Source of the DNA: Chiloscyllium plagiosum
Lineage: Eukaryota
Direction of reading: 5' to 3'
DNA: 54,734 bases
NCBI RefSeq assembly: GCF_004010195.1
Contig: NC_057749.1
Location: 12,093,282 to 12,148,015, forward strand
Below are positions 39,966 through 53,018 of the stretch, one piece after another. The position numbers and the translations under genes are program-made. The notes below the pieces were generated by a model that saw only the letters and a program-made list of their open reading frames with translations, was not told where the DNA came from and made no database searches. Within the stretch, counting starts at the first letter, position 1, and each line of letters starts with the position of its first letter.

Positions 39966-41100
39966 CCAATGCCAGCACACCTTTCCTTAGATACAGGGCC
40001 CAAAAACTGCTCAAAATATTCCAAATATGGTCTGACCTGAGCCTTATACAGCCTGAGCAGTACATCGCCTCTCTTGGATTCCAGCTCTCTTGAAACGAAT
40101 ATGAACATTGCATTTGACTTCTTCACTAGCAAATGAACCCGCATGTCAACCTTAACAGAATCCTGAACCAGGACTCCCAAGTTCCTTTGTGCTTCAGAGA
40201 GTCATAGAGATGTACAGCATAGAAACAGACCCTTCAATCCAACTTGTCCATGGCAACCAGATATCCTAAATTAATCTAGAGCCATTTGCCAACATTTGGC
40301 CCATAGCCCTCTATACCCTTCCTATTCATATACCCATCCAGACTGTTAAATGTTATAATTGTACCTGCCTTAACCATTTCCTCTGACAGCTCATTCTGTA
40401 CATGCACCACCTTCTGCTTGAAAAAGTTGCTCCTCTGGTCCCTTTTAAGTCTTTCCCCTCTCACCTTAAACCTATGCCCTCCAGTTATGAACTTCCCCAC
40501 CCTGGGGAAAAGACCTTAACTGTTCATCCTATCCATGCCCCTCATCATTTTATAAACCTCTGTTAAGGTCACCCCTCAGTCTCTGAAGCTCCAGGTAAAA
40601 TAGCTCCAGCCTACTCAGCCTCTCTCTATAGCTCAACCATGGCAACATCCTTGTAAATTTTTTCTGAACCCTGTCAAGTTTCTCAACATCTTTCCTATAA
40701 CAGGGAGACCAGAACTGAATGCAGTATTCCAAAAGTGGCCTAACCAATGTCCTGCACAGCTGCAACATGACCTCCCAATTCCGATACAGAATACAATGAC
40801 CAATAAAGGCAAGTGTGCCAAATGCCTTCTTCACTATCCTGTCAACTTGTGACTCCACTTTCAAAGGACTGCAAACCTGCACTCCAAGATCGCTTAGTTC
40901 AGCAACACTCCTCAGGATCTTACCATTTCCAAAGCCTTTCCTCTTTGGAAAAAAGTCTCTGCCTTTATTCTTCCTCACATTTTTCCACATTATATTCCAA
41001 CTGCCACTTCTTTGCTCATTCGCTTATCATGTCCAAGTCCTTCTGAAACCTCTCCACCTCCTCAAAACTGTCCATCCACCTAGCTTTGTGTCATCAGTGC
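39966..41100 (-). mobile_element. Two nested CR1 fragments (inner copy ~40197-40925)
   Basis: Outer GVLVQDS.KV subfamily interrupted by a copy with tail ctctatgactct and LVRPLLEYCIQFWSP. Confidence 0.82.
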
Positions 41101-41650
41101 AAAATGAGGTGCTGTGCTTCCAGGTTATGCTAAGCTTCACTGGAGCACTGTAGCAAACCTGAGACTGATCTGGACCAAGGAACAAGGTGGTGTGTTGAAA
41201 TGCCATTGTAAGAACAGCACCTCATTTTCTGTTTGGGGACCTTCCAGCTTTCTGGACTCAATATCAAGTTAAATAACTTTAGGATTTGAGCTCTCCCATG
41301 TCCTTACCCCACCCCGACACTCCGGGCCTTGTTACCTGCTATTACATGCAACCCATTGTCAGCCAATAACAGTCCCCAGTAATAGCTATTCACACTCTTA
41401 GCCATATTGTTATCCACTCCTTTGTCTGTTCAACTGATTTTCTCTCTCTTTGGGCTCTATACCCATGTGTCATTGACACCTTAACACTACCCCCCCTCCC
41501 CCAAACCTACCTTCTACATATAAACTGACATATTCCTAGCTACCATAAGTTCTGAGGTAGGGAGACTTGACCCGAAATGTTAATTCTGATTGCTTTCCAC
41601 AGATGCTGCCAGACCTGCTGAGCTTTTCCAGCAATTGCTGATTTTATGCT
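41100..41650 (+). mobile_element. PLE terminal remnant with degenerate hammerhead
   Basis: LGTFQLSGLNIK-like end; CTGAGGT-AGGGAG-ACTT-GACCC-GAAATGTT at ~41552-41585. Confidence 0.55.
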
Positions 41651-42145
41651 TTCTCTTTAGTGATGCCCACAACACTGACCTCAGACCCCTGACTCTCGAA
41701 GTTCTGGGATGCTGCTGGTGTCTTTCACTGTGTAAACTGAGGTAAAATACCTACTGAATTACTCTGCCATTTCTTTGTTCCCTATTACTACTTCACCAGC
41801 CTCATTTTCCTGCAGTCCAAGGTCTCGCTTTTACCTTGCAGGTAACTAAAAAATCTGTTGCAATCTTCTTACATATTACTAGCTAGCTTACTCCCATAGA
41901 TGATCATCTCCCCTTTCACTGCTTTTAAAAGCTTCGCAATCCTCTGGCTTTGCATTAATCTTCACCACATTGCATGTTGTTTTTTTTTACTTTAATGCTG
42001 CCTCCGACTTCTTTCATAAGCCATGGTTGCCTTAGTATGCTGCTTCTTCCTTGGGGTGAAGTTCTGCTGTGCCTAAATTACCCCCAGAAGCTCCTATCAT
42101 TGCTACTCCACCATCCTCCCTGCTTGGCTCCCTGTCTAATCAACT

Positions 42146-42341
42146 AGGTAAATGCTGCAGATGCTGGAAACCAGATTCTGGATTAGTGGTGCTGGAAAAG
42201 CACAGCAGTTCAGGCAGCATCTGAGGAGCAGGAAAATCGACGTTTCGGGCAAAAGCCCTTCATCAGGAATACAGGCAGAGTGCCTGAAGGGTGGAGAGAT
42301 AAATGAGAGGAGGGTGGAGGTGGGGAAAAAGTAGCATAGAG
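42146..42341 (-). mobile_element. Short hammerhead-bearing PLE-derived insertion
   Basis: TSD TAATCAACT at 42137-42145 and 42342-42350. Confidence 0.85.
42235..42270 (-). ncRNA. Minimal hammerhead ribozyme motif, intact core
   Basis: Minus strand: ATTC-CTGATGA-A-GGGC-TTTT-GCCC-GAAACGTC-GATT. Confidence 0.75.
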
Positions 42342-43064
42342 TAATCAACTCTGGCCAGTTCCTCCCTCCTGACTTTGTAGTTACCTTAATTGTAATACCA
42401 TTACCATCTGATTCAGTCTTCTCCCTCTCACACAGCAGGGTGAATTCTATCACATTATGGTCACTGCCCCTAGGAATTCTTTCACCTTAAACTCCCTAAT
42501 CCAGTCTGCCTCATTATATATCACCAAATCCAGAGTTGCCTGTACTCTAGTGGGCTTTACCACAAAGTATTCCAAAAAAAACTCAGATATTTCACAAAAA
42601 CTTTTTCTTGAGATCTGCTACTAACTTGACTCTCCCAGTCCACCTGCATATTGAGGTGCCCCATGATGATTGTATTAGTGCCTTTCTTACACGTCTTTTC
42701 TATTTCCTGATTTATTTTCTTCTCCACATCCTCACCACTGTTAGGAGGCCTGCACACAACTCCCATCATGGTCTTTTCTCCTTTGAAGTTCTTCAAGTTT
42801 ACCCACACAGATTCCATTCCTTCCAAATCAATAGCTCTTGTTATTAATTTAATTTCATTCTTACAAACAAGGCAACAGTGCCCCATCTGCTTGTCTATTC
42901 AATAAGACATATATCCTTGGTTATTTAGTTCCCAACCCTGATTGCCCTGTAGCCATATCTCTGACAACAACATCGTACCTGCCAATTTGTGTTACAAGCT
43001 CATCTACCTTGTTTCGTATACTGTGTGCAATGAAATATTTTTTGTCATTTACATAAATGATTTG

Positions 43065-43239
43065 CAAGGCTTGTGAAGGTTTGTAGCTCAGGTTGAGGTT
43101 TAGGGTGTAGGTTTGCTCGCTGAGCTGTAGGTTTGATATCCAGACGTTTCACTTGGAGGTCGCCACTGATGATGTTACCTAGCCAGGTAATGAAACGTCT
43201 GGATATCAAACCTACAGCTCAGTGAGCAAACCTACACCC
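43065..43239. mobile_element. 175-bp fold-back mini-element with hammerhead
   Basis: TSD CATAAATGATTTG at 43052-43064 and 43240-43252; ~48-bp inverted repeat (~43104-43151 / 43191-43239). Confidence 0.88.
43163..43202 (+). ncRNA. Minimal hammerhead ribozyme motif, intact core and stems
   Basis: CCA-CTGATGA-T-GTTACCT-AGCC-AGGTAAT-GAAACGTC-TGG; stem I CCA/UGG, 7-bp stem II with one G-U pair. Confidence 0.8.
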
Positions 43240-45032
43240 CATAAATGATTTGGATGTGAGCATAACAGGTACAGTTAGTAAGTGAAACTTGAAAGGGTTC
43301 AGAAAAGATTTACAAGGATGTTGCCAGGGTTGGAGGATCTGAGCTACAGAGAGAGGCTGAACAGGCTGGGGCTGTTTTCCCTGGAGCGTCGGAGGCTGAG
43401 GGGTGACCTTATAGAGGTTTACAAAATTATGAGGGGCATGGATAGGATAAATAGGCAAAGTCTTTTCCCTGGGGTCGGGGAGTCCAGAACTAGAGGGCAT
43501 AGGTTTAGGGTGAGGGGGGAAAGATATAAAAGAGACTTAAGGGGCAACTTTTTGATGCAGAGGGTGGTATGTGTATAGAATGAGCTGCCAGAGGAAGTGG
43601 TGGATGCTGGTACAATTGCAACATTTAAGAGGCATTTGGATGGGTATATGAATAGAAAGATTTTGGAGGGATATGGGCCGGGTGCTGGCAGGTGGGACTA
43701 GATTGGGTTGGGATATCTGGTCGGCGTGGACGGGTTGGACCGAAGGGTCTGTTTCCATGCTGTACATCTCTATGACTCTAAGTACAACAGCCTCAGTCCT
43801 GCATGGACTGCCCCCCCATTATCATTGTTGTCTGTTCATCTGATTTACCTGAACTCAGATTCCTGACCCTTTCTATTCTGTGTTACTACTTTTTGTGAAA
43901 CTTGAACCTTTGCTTAGCCCTTCCCCCTTTAACTTTTTGCATAATTTTCCAAGCAAATGAAGCCTCCACACACTATTTAGTATCAAGTCTCATCCACAGC
44001 TCTACTCATGCAACTGGCCAGAACTTTGGTTCCAGCATAATTCAGGTGGAGCCTATCCCATCGCAACAGCTGCTCCCTTCCCCAGGACAAGTGCCAACAT
44101 CCCACGAATTTGAGTCCATTTCTCACACACTAATCTTTGAGCTATGTTTACTTCTTTAGTTTTGTTGGCCCTGTGCCAATTTGTGACTCACACAGTAATC
44201 CAGAGATTACCATCTTTTTGGTTTAGGTTTTAAATTTAGCCCCGAGTTACTCATATTCCCTCAGCAGACTCTCTTTCCTCATATATCGTTGGTATCTATA
44301 TGGATTATGAAAACTGGATATTTCCCCTCCCACTCCAAACTCCTCTACAGACGGATAGATATCCTGAACCCTGACACCAGGCAGGCAACACAGCCTATTG
44401 GGTCTCTTGGCTACAGAGAACAGTATCTATTCCCTTGACTATACAATTCCCGATTACAACTTCATTTCTCTTGTCTCTCCATACTATGATGCTGTGGTCA
44501 ATTTGCTCATCCTCCATACAGCCAGAATCTCATCCATACAGAGAGCAAAAATCTCAAATCTGTCAGACAGATCTGGGACTGAGGCTCTAGATCTTTCTAC
44601 TTGCCCCACTCATAGTTACATCATTCTGTCCATGACCACTGATGAAATTTAAGCTCATTAATCTAAGGGGTGCAAATGCCACCTGAAACATAGCTTCAAG
44701 GTAATTCTCCCCTTTTTATTGCATCGTAGTGTTTGAAGTTCAGACTCCAGCTCAACAGCCAGAGATCCTCAAACAACCAACACTTGCTACAGATATAGTC
44801 ACTACAAACCACAATGGGTTCCAACAGCTCCCATGTCATGCAATTATAAAACATTACCCTGCCTGACATTCCTGTTTTAAAATTACTTGATTCTTGATCT
44901 GATTTTTAAAAGTTTCATACTGGTCTTTCAGTTTGCAGCCTACAAATTTTGCCCTCATTTCCCTTCAATCTGGAAGTAACCTGTATAGATAGTCAAATTA
45001 GGAACTATCACCAACTGATGAACTTGTAGTTT

Positions 45033-46800
45033 ATAGAGTCAAAGATGTACAACATGGAAACAGATGCTTCGGTCCAACTTGCCCATGCCGACCAGATATC
45101 CCAACCCAATTGAGCCCCATCTGCCAGCACCTGGCCCATATCCTTCCAAACCCTTCCTATTCATATACCCATCCAGATGCCTTTTAAATGTTGCAATTGT
45201 ACTAGCCTCCACACCACTTCCTCGGTCAGCTCATTCCATACATGTATCACCCTCTGCATGAAAAAGTTGCCCCTTACGTTGCTTTTATATCTTTCCCTTC
45301 TCACCCTAAACCTATGCCCTGTAGTTCAGGAGTCTCCCACCTCAGGGAAAAGACTTTGATCAGGTCCTGGGGATTTATGCACCTTTACACATTTTAAGAC
45401 ATCCAGCACCTCCTCCTCTGTAATCTGGACATTTTTCAAGGTATCACCATCTATTTTCCCACATTCTGTATCTTCCATATTCTTCTTTACAGTAAACACT
45501 GATGCAAAATACTCATGTAGTACCTCCCACACCTCCTGTGGTTCCACACATAGGTGGCCTTGTTGATCTTTGAGGAGACCTATTCTCTCCTTTGTCACCC
45601 TCTTGTCCTTAATGTATTTGTAAAAACCCTTCGGATTCTCTTTAACTCTATTTGCCAAAGCTACTTCATGTTCCTTTTTGGCACTCCTGATTTCCCTCTT
45701 AAGTAAACTCCTACTGCCTTTATACTCTTCTAATGATTCAATCGATTTCTATTGTCTATACCTGACATATGCTGCCTTCTTTTTCTTAACCAAAACGTCA
45801 ATTTCTCTAGTCATGCAGCGTTCCCTACACCTACCAGCCTTTCTTTTCACCTTAACAGGAATATACTGTCTCTGGACTCTCTCTCATTTCTGAAGATTTC
45901 CTGTTTTCCAGCCATCCCTTTACCTGCGAACATCTACCCCCAATCAACTTATGAAAGTTCTTGCCTAATACCGTCAAAATTGGCCTTTCTCTAATTTAGA
46001 ACTTCAACTTTTAGATCTGATCTATCTTTTTCCATCACTATTTTAAAACTAATAGAATTATGGTCACTGGCCCCAAAGTGCTCCCTCACTGACACCTCAG
46101 TCACCTGCCCTGCCTTATTTCCCAAGAGTAGGTCAAGTTTTGCACCTTCTCTGGTAGGTACATCCACATACTGAATCAGAAAATTGTCTTGTACACACTT
46201 AACAAATTCCTCTCCATCTAAACCCTTAACACTATCGCAGTCCCAATCTGTGTTTGGAAAGTTGAAATCCCCCATGATTAACACCTTATTATTCTTACAG
46301 ATAACTGAGAGCTCCTTCTGAATTTATTTCCCAATTTCCCGTTGACTATTGGAGGGGTGGTCTATAGCACAATCCCAGTAAGGTGATCTTCGTTTTCTTA
46401 TTTCTCAGATCCATTCAAATAACTTCCCTGGACGTATTCCCAGGAATATTCTCCCTAAGTACAGCTGGAATGCTCTCCCTTATTAAAAATGCCACTCCCC
46501 CGCCTCTCCTGCCCCCTTTCTATCTTTCTGATAGTATTTGTATCCTGGAAGATTAAACTGCCAGTCCTGTCCATCCCTGAGCCATCTCTGTAATTGCTAT
46601 GATATCCCAGTCCTATGTTCCTCGCCATGCCTGTCTCGGTTAGGCTTCTTGCATTGAATTAAATGTAGTTTAATTTATCAATCCTACCTCGTTCTCTGCT
46701 TTGTTCCTGTCTGCCCCAACTGTTTGACTTGCTCCTTTTCTCAATCGTACTCGTCTCAAACTGATCTCTATCCTCACTATCAAGCTGTGATGTCACTCTT
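45033..46800 (-). mobile_element. CR1 with APE, tether and 3' end; RT core deleted
   Basis: IMGDFNFPNTDW, HFGASDHN, KENPKGFYKY; KSPGPD joined directly to QSLFP at ~45357. Confidence 0.88.
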
Positions 46801-47589
46801 TTGTGCTGGACCCCTGACTGTGGGTTTTGATTTATCCTGTTTAAAAATAAACCTACAAACTCAGAGCCAAAAACAAATGCAAGCAAAGAGCACCCCTTCC
46901 TCTGTGCAATGAATTCCCTCAGAGTCCAAGTTCTGCCAACTATACCCTCACTGAGTCCCACTCTAGATGGAATCTCTCCTTCTGGACTGTGTGAAGCTTC
47001 CTGATCATGCCCCTTCAGCAAGACCTTTCTTAAACAAAGCTGAACTAAGATGCTCACAGTAGTTAATCTTCAACTTATTATAATAGTAACTTTAACAAAA
47101 TAAAATGTTCCATGGTGTTTCTACAGGAATGTAATAAAATAATACATGACATTGAACCAAAAAGGAGCTATTAGTTCAGATGATCAAAAGTTTAGTCAAA
47201 AGATAGGTTTGAAAGAAATGCAGTACAGAGGCAGTGAGACATAGGAATGAATTCCACAGTTTAGCGCCTAGGCAACTAAGAGCACACTCACCAGTGAGGT
47301 AGAATGATGACAGTTCAAATAACTTACAGGATTGTGGAGCAATAAAAGCAAGAGGGAAGGGCAAAGATATTGAGAAATTTGAAACCAAGAATGAGATCTT
47401 TAAAATCAAAACCTGGAGGATATACATGATTTGATGCAAGTTAGGACATTGATACAGGATTACATCAAACTTATGGATGTAGAATGCAGGATATCTGCAA
47501 AGAATGTACACAAAGTATGAAGGTAACATGCATGAATGAAGATTTCAGAAACAGATGAGCAAAGGTGGAAAAAGGCAGTCTTGGAGAAG

Positions 47590-47885
47590 GCACAAATACA
47601 AGGTCAGAAGTCATCAGTCAAATATGATATTCAGGATTTACAACTTATCGAAAAGACAGGAGGTGGGCAGAGAGGGCGGAGTTGCCTTGATAGTTAAGAA
47701 TGAAATTAAATCTTTGGCACTGAATGACAGAGGGTCATATGATGTGGAGTCTGTGTGGGTGGAGGCAAAAAAAAAATGGGAGTCATGTACAGACCTCCCA
47801 GCAGTGGTCATGACCAGGGACGCAAGATGTACCAGGAAGTAGATAGGGCATGTCAGAAAGGCAAAGTCACGGTGATCATGGGGGA
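47590..47885 (+). mobile_element. CR1 APE fragment
   Basis: EGGVALIVKNEI, ESVWVE, GVMYRPPSS, VIMG. Confidence 0.8.
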
Positions 47886-48368
47886 AAGCAGTGATTCAAA
47901 GAAAGCAACTCATTTTTCAGCTCATTTGAAGAAAGCTTCAAAAGCAGTAAATTCTATCCGAATAAGCAGTGCCTCATTCCCAGGAGCAAATATAAACAAA
48001 AAAAAAAGACATTAATCACAATTTTCATAAAACGTTTATTGAAGCTACCCGCAAGCTTAAAAATTAAATTCAATTTCAAACCCAAAGATCCGAAAATGAA
48101 TCTGTCATGAACATGTAAACTGCTGAAGTATGTGAACTGGAGCTATCTGAGATTGCTTAGTCTTTAATGTAATAATATACTGCACAGAAAGACATTTGAG
48201 ACCAAAAATATGATACTGCAGTGAAGAAAGTAGAATGTCTTACTCTATTGTAAGCAAGACTCATTCAACTGCAAGTAATTTTCAAATGCCCTGTTTTACT
48301 TTGTACCTTATGGCTGCACTGTTGATTAAAATTACAATGCCAGTAACAGGTCCATTTTGTATACCAAC

Positions 48369-48496
48369 CTCCTTATTTTGCTGTGTCTGTTGCCATCTCC
48401 ACCGTCGCTTCAATGCATCTCTTTCGGTGCTGCTTTTCATCATAGTATAAAGAGCTTTACGAAGAATCAGGTCTCTATCATGGAAACCCCACATAC
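48369..48496 (-). CDS. OTUD7A: OTUD7A coding exon
   Basis: tgtttgtgtttgag|GTATGTGG...AATAAGGAG|gttggt; 128 nt; (G)[42 protein letters not shown]; in phase with both neighbouring exons. Confidence 0.95.
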
Positions 48497-48604
48497 CTCA
48501 AACACAAACAGAATTCGGAACAATCTCACAGTTGTAGCAATATGTTATAATTCTGTCCGGCATGTCACTTAATTGACAAAGATGGAAACAGGTCTCAGGT
48601 TGTT

Positions 48605-48822
48605 TCAGTGAGAGCAAGAGAGAGCGATAGAGAGTGAAAGCGAGTCAGAGCGAGGGGAAAGAGAGAAAGGGGGAAGTGGAGGGAAAGAGACAGAGAGAGC
48701 GAGATGAAACAGAAGGGGGAGAAGAGAAAGAGGGAGAAAAGAGGAAGGGAGGGGTGCGAGAGAGAGAACAGAAGGGGGAAGACAGAGAAAGGGAGAAGGA
48801 GGTAAGAGTGAGTGAAAGAGAG
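48605..48822. repeat. GA-rich polypurine low-complexity tract
   Basis: Almost purely G/A on the plus strand; followed by a CR1 3' fragment (~48823-49160). Confidence 0.85.
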
Positions 48823-49560
48823 ATTGGATTGGTTTGGACTGTATTTGCTGAAGTACTGAAGAACAAGGGAGAATAACGTAGAAACTTCCAAAATTCTAAC
48901 TGGTCTAGACAAGATAAATGCAGAGAAGATGTTCCCAATGAGAGGCGAGTCTAAAACCAGAGGTCACAGTCTAAGGATATGGGGTAGGCCATTGATGATT
49001 GGATTGAGGAGAAATTTCTTCGCCCATTGAGTTGTATACCTGTGAAATTCTCTGCCACAGAAAAGCAGCTGAAGTCAAGAACATTGAATGTTTTCAAGAA
49101 AGAGTTCGGTACAATTCTTGGAATTAAAGACATAAAAGGGAATGCAGTGAAAATGGGAAAACAGAGGAAACTCGATTATCCGCGTACCAATTATCTGAAA
49201 ATTCGATTATCCGAAGGAGATCTTGAGGTCCTGATGGAGACATTTTTCCGGGGGAAAGATTCCGGGGCAGGGGACTCAAGAGTGCAGGGGGAGGGGAGTG
49301 AGGGGGCGCAAGAGGGCTGGGAGTGGCGAGAGTGCAGGGAGGGGCAACAGTGCAGCACGTGAGACGGAGGCAAGCAAGACGGGGGCGAACGAGACGGGCC
49401 AAGCGAGATGACGGGGTGTGGGGCACGCAAGAGGGACGTGGGCAAGGAGAGAGAGAAATAGAGTTGCTTCCAGTTTGTTTTTATCGGAAGAAATCTTGAA
49501 ATCTTGTCATGCAATTCCTTGAAGTTAGCACTTGGAATTTGAATTTCTGTACCTAAGTTA

Positions 49561-49791
<231 letters not shown>

Positions 49792-50045
49792 TCACTGGTT
49801 ATCTGTTGAAGTTTACAGAGTTTCAGGGTGCACAATATTAAACTACTTATTTTTATTTGGTGGCATAAATTACCATTTATCGCTTAATTTTGGCAGCTTA
49901 TCTTCGCACCTTTATGGCAGTAACATTGAAGGGAGTGATAGAAAAGACACATCTTAAGGTCATATTGCAATTAAACAGTCGAGATACAAACGAAACTAGG
50001 TGAATGCCCAATGTCAATGCCATTTTTTCAGATGTGGAATTTATC

Positions 50046-50322
50046 TGGTTTACACTAATTCCTCGAAGCACCAGGGAACCAGATTCCAGCCTTGGGTGAC
50101 TGGGTGTGGAGTTTGTATGTTCTCCCAGTGTCTGTGTGGGTTTTCGCTGGCTACTCCGTGTTCCTCCCACAGTCCAAAGATGTGCAGGTTAGATGAATTG
50201 GCCATGTTAATGCAGGATTATGGGGATAGGGTGGGGGCTTGGGTCTGAATGGAATTAGCTTCAGAGGGTTGGTGCAGACTTGATGGGCTGAATGGTCTCT
50301 TTCCACACTGTAGGAATTCCAG
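50046..50322 (+). mobile_element. HE1-type V-SINE with decayed head
   Basis: gtggagtttgtatgttctccc...cctcccacagtccaaagatgtg...gggctgaatggtct. Confidence 0.8.
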
Positions 50323-50735
50323 AGGTTTGGACAAAAAAATAACATGCAATTTAATTACAGTTTCTCCTGGAAACATGTTTATTTTAATATGGATCTACCT
50401 AGTCTTCACGTACAAGCCTAAAAGCTGAACATCAGTAAACTATATTGACTGTAATCAAAATTGATGTTTGACTGACATCACCAGAGAGGTTAATCGTGCC
50501 CTTAGTCAACACCCATACAGACAATTTCCTGCAAAGGTCTGTGTTTAGCAGAAATCACAGTGGAGTGTAAGAACTCTTGTCTAATTCCAAGCTAGCCCAT
50601 GTGCATTTCAATGAGGTGGTGAACTGTTGGATCTCACTACCATTCCAGCAAGGATGAGCTAACTAACAACACCATGGGGAGACCTTGGGGCATTCTGGTC
50701 TTTATGGCTTAGAAGGTTGGCCCCTTTACCAAGCA

Positions 50736-50904
50736 AGGCAAAGCAAGGACTGCAGATGCTGGAGGTCAGAGTCAAGAGTGTGGTGCTGGAAAAGCACAGG
50801 TCAGGCAGCATCCAAGAAGCAGGAGAGTAGACATTTCAGGCAAAAACCTTTCGTTCAGGAATGCTGCCTGACCTGCTTTGCTTTCCCAGCACCACACTCT
50901 CACT
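50736..50904. mobile_element. Short fold-back PLE-derived insertion
   Basis: TSD CCTTTACCAAGCA at 50723-50735 and 50905-50917; inverted arms; degenerate hammerhead remnant at ~50830-50862. Confidence 0.82.
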
Positions 50905-51679
50905 CCTTTACCAAGCAGTCCATGAAGGAAGCCATCCAATCAAGACACATTACATGAATAAAAATACTCGCATTCCATATGAAAGTGTGGCACAGCATCA
51001 TAGTGATTACAAAAGTGGTTACACAGCAACTCCTGCCAGAACTGAAGCACTAATGAAATTTAGTGCAAATGTTCATTATATCCATTCTGGCTGTACATGT
51101 CCAGTTTCTCATTTTAATTATATGCTGCAAATATTGTGTAAGGTCATACTGTGTGTCATGGCAGCTAGGAAATAAATTTCCTTCTTGAACTACTTCTCAA
51201 GTTCATTACATTAATTTTACGTTGCATTCACAAATCTGTATCGAAATATTTAAGCGGCAATCAAGATGGTAAATGCATTATACAAGCTACAAAAGATATT
51301 TTACCATGTCTTTTTCCCATTCTGGTCAGTTCTTGTTAATATTCTGAAAAGATTGATCTGTCATCACTAATCTTCTAAGTTCTACGAATTGTCTATTAAA
51401 GCAGCTCAAATTAATCCTTGGAAACTAGGTAAATTCTGATAGAATACCTGTGCACAAAGTCACTATATAGTCCCCGTAATTCCTAACATGGAATATGGTG
51501 TGGTGCCAGAATCACTGTCACTATCCTAGATGTAATCTAACTGGAGGTCCTTGTTGTTGTAACAAAACCTCCACCTCTTTGCTTTTTTCAGTACTCAAGG
51601 TGAAAAAAAAGCATCCATTGTAACCACGAATACATCAATCACCATTTGCCTGCCCCAGTCCAGTATTAGCATCAGCTGG

Positions 51680-53018
51680 AATTGTGACATCATGTAAAGT
51701 TTTGGAAAGAATTCTGAGGGATAGGATTTATGACTATTTGGCAAAGCATAGTGTCATTAAAGGCAGTCAGCATGGCTTTGTGAGGGGCATGTCATGCCTC
51801 ACAAATCTTATTGAGTTCTTTGAGGTGGTGTCAAGACAGGTCAATGATGGTCGAGCAGTGGATGTGGTGTATATGGACTTCAGCAAGGCAGTTGATAAGG
51901 TTCTCATTCATAAAGTCAGGAAGTATGGGATACAGGGAGATTTGGCTATCTGGATTCAGAATTGGCTGGCTGACAGAAGGCAGAGAGTAGCTGTAGATGG
52001 AAGGTATTCTGTCTGGAGGTCAGTGTTAATTGGGGTCCCGCAGGGCTCTGTTCTTTGGCCTCTGCTCTTTGTAGTTTTTATAAATGACTTGGATGAGTAG
52101 GTTGAGGGGTGGGTTAGTAAATTTGCAGATGACACAAAGGTTGGAGGTTCATTGATAGGATCGATGGCTACTGCAGGCTTCAGCGTGATATAGACAGGAT
52201 GCAAAGCTGGGCTGAGAAATGGCAGATGGAGTTCAACCTGGATAAATGCGAAGTGATGCATTTTGGAAGGTTGAACTCGAATGCTGAATATAGGATTAAA
52301 GACAGGATTCTTGACAGTGTGGCTGAACAGAGGGATCTGGGTGTGCAAGTTCATAGATCCCTCAAAGTTGTCACCCAAGTGGATTGGGTTATTAAGAAAG
52401 CATATGGTGTTTTGGGCTTTCATTAACAGGGGGATTGAGTTTAAGAACATAGAGGTTTTGCTGCAGCTCTACAAGAGAGACCACATTTGGAATATTGTGT
52501 CCAGTTCTGGTTGCCCTACTATGGAAAAGATAGAGGTTTTGGAGAGGGTGCAAAGAAGGTTTACCAGGATGCTGCCTGGATTGGAGGGCCTGTCTTATGA
52601 AGAAAGGTTGACTAAGCTCAGACTTTTCTCTCTGGAGAGAAGGAGAAAGAGAGGTGACCTGATCGAGGTGTACAAAACAATGAGTGGAATAGATAGAGTC
52701 AATAGCCAGAGACTTTTCCCCAGGGTAGGATTAACTGGTACGAGGAGTCATAGTTTGAAGATATTGGGAGGAAGGTATAAAGGAGACGTCAGAGGTAGGA
52801 TCTTTACGCAGAGAGTTGTGAATGTATAGAATGCATTGCCAGTTGTGGTGGTGGAAACAGAGTCATTGGGGACACTTAAGCGACTGGTAGGCATGCACAT
52901 GGATAGCAGTGAGTTGAAGGGTGCATAGGTTAAGTTACAATATTTTACATTAGGATTAAACCTCAGCACAACATCGTGGGCCAAAAGGCCTGTTCTGTGC
53001 TGTACTTTTCTATGTTCT
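51680..53018 (+). mobile_element. CR1 RT plus 3' tail
   Basis: [39 protein letters not shown]; tail gggccaaaaggcctg...ctatgttct. Confidence 0.92.

Larger units (their letters stand above)
43040..43782 (+). mobile_element. CR1 3' fragment with internal deletion
   Basis: [18 protein letters not shown] joined directly to KLERVQKRFTRML; tail ctctatgactct. Confidence 0.88.
41730..44870 (-). mobile_element. Older CR1 5' region (ORF1 esterase-like remnant plus APE), host to later insertions
   Basis: ESVWVNLKN..VVCRPPNS..IIMGHLN.QVDW; WDRLHL esterase-like motif at ~44045-44062. Confidence 0.7.
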
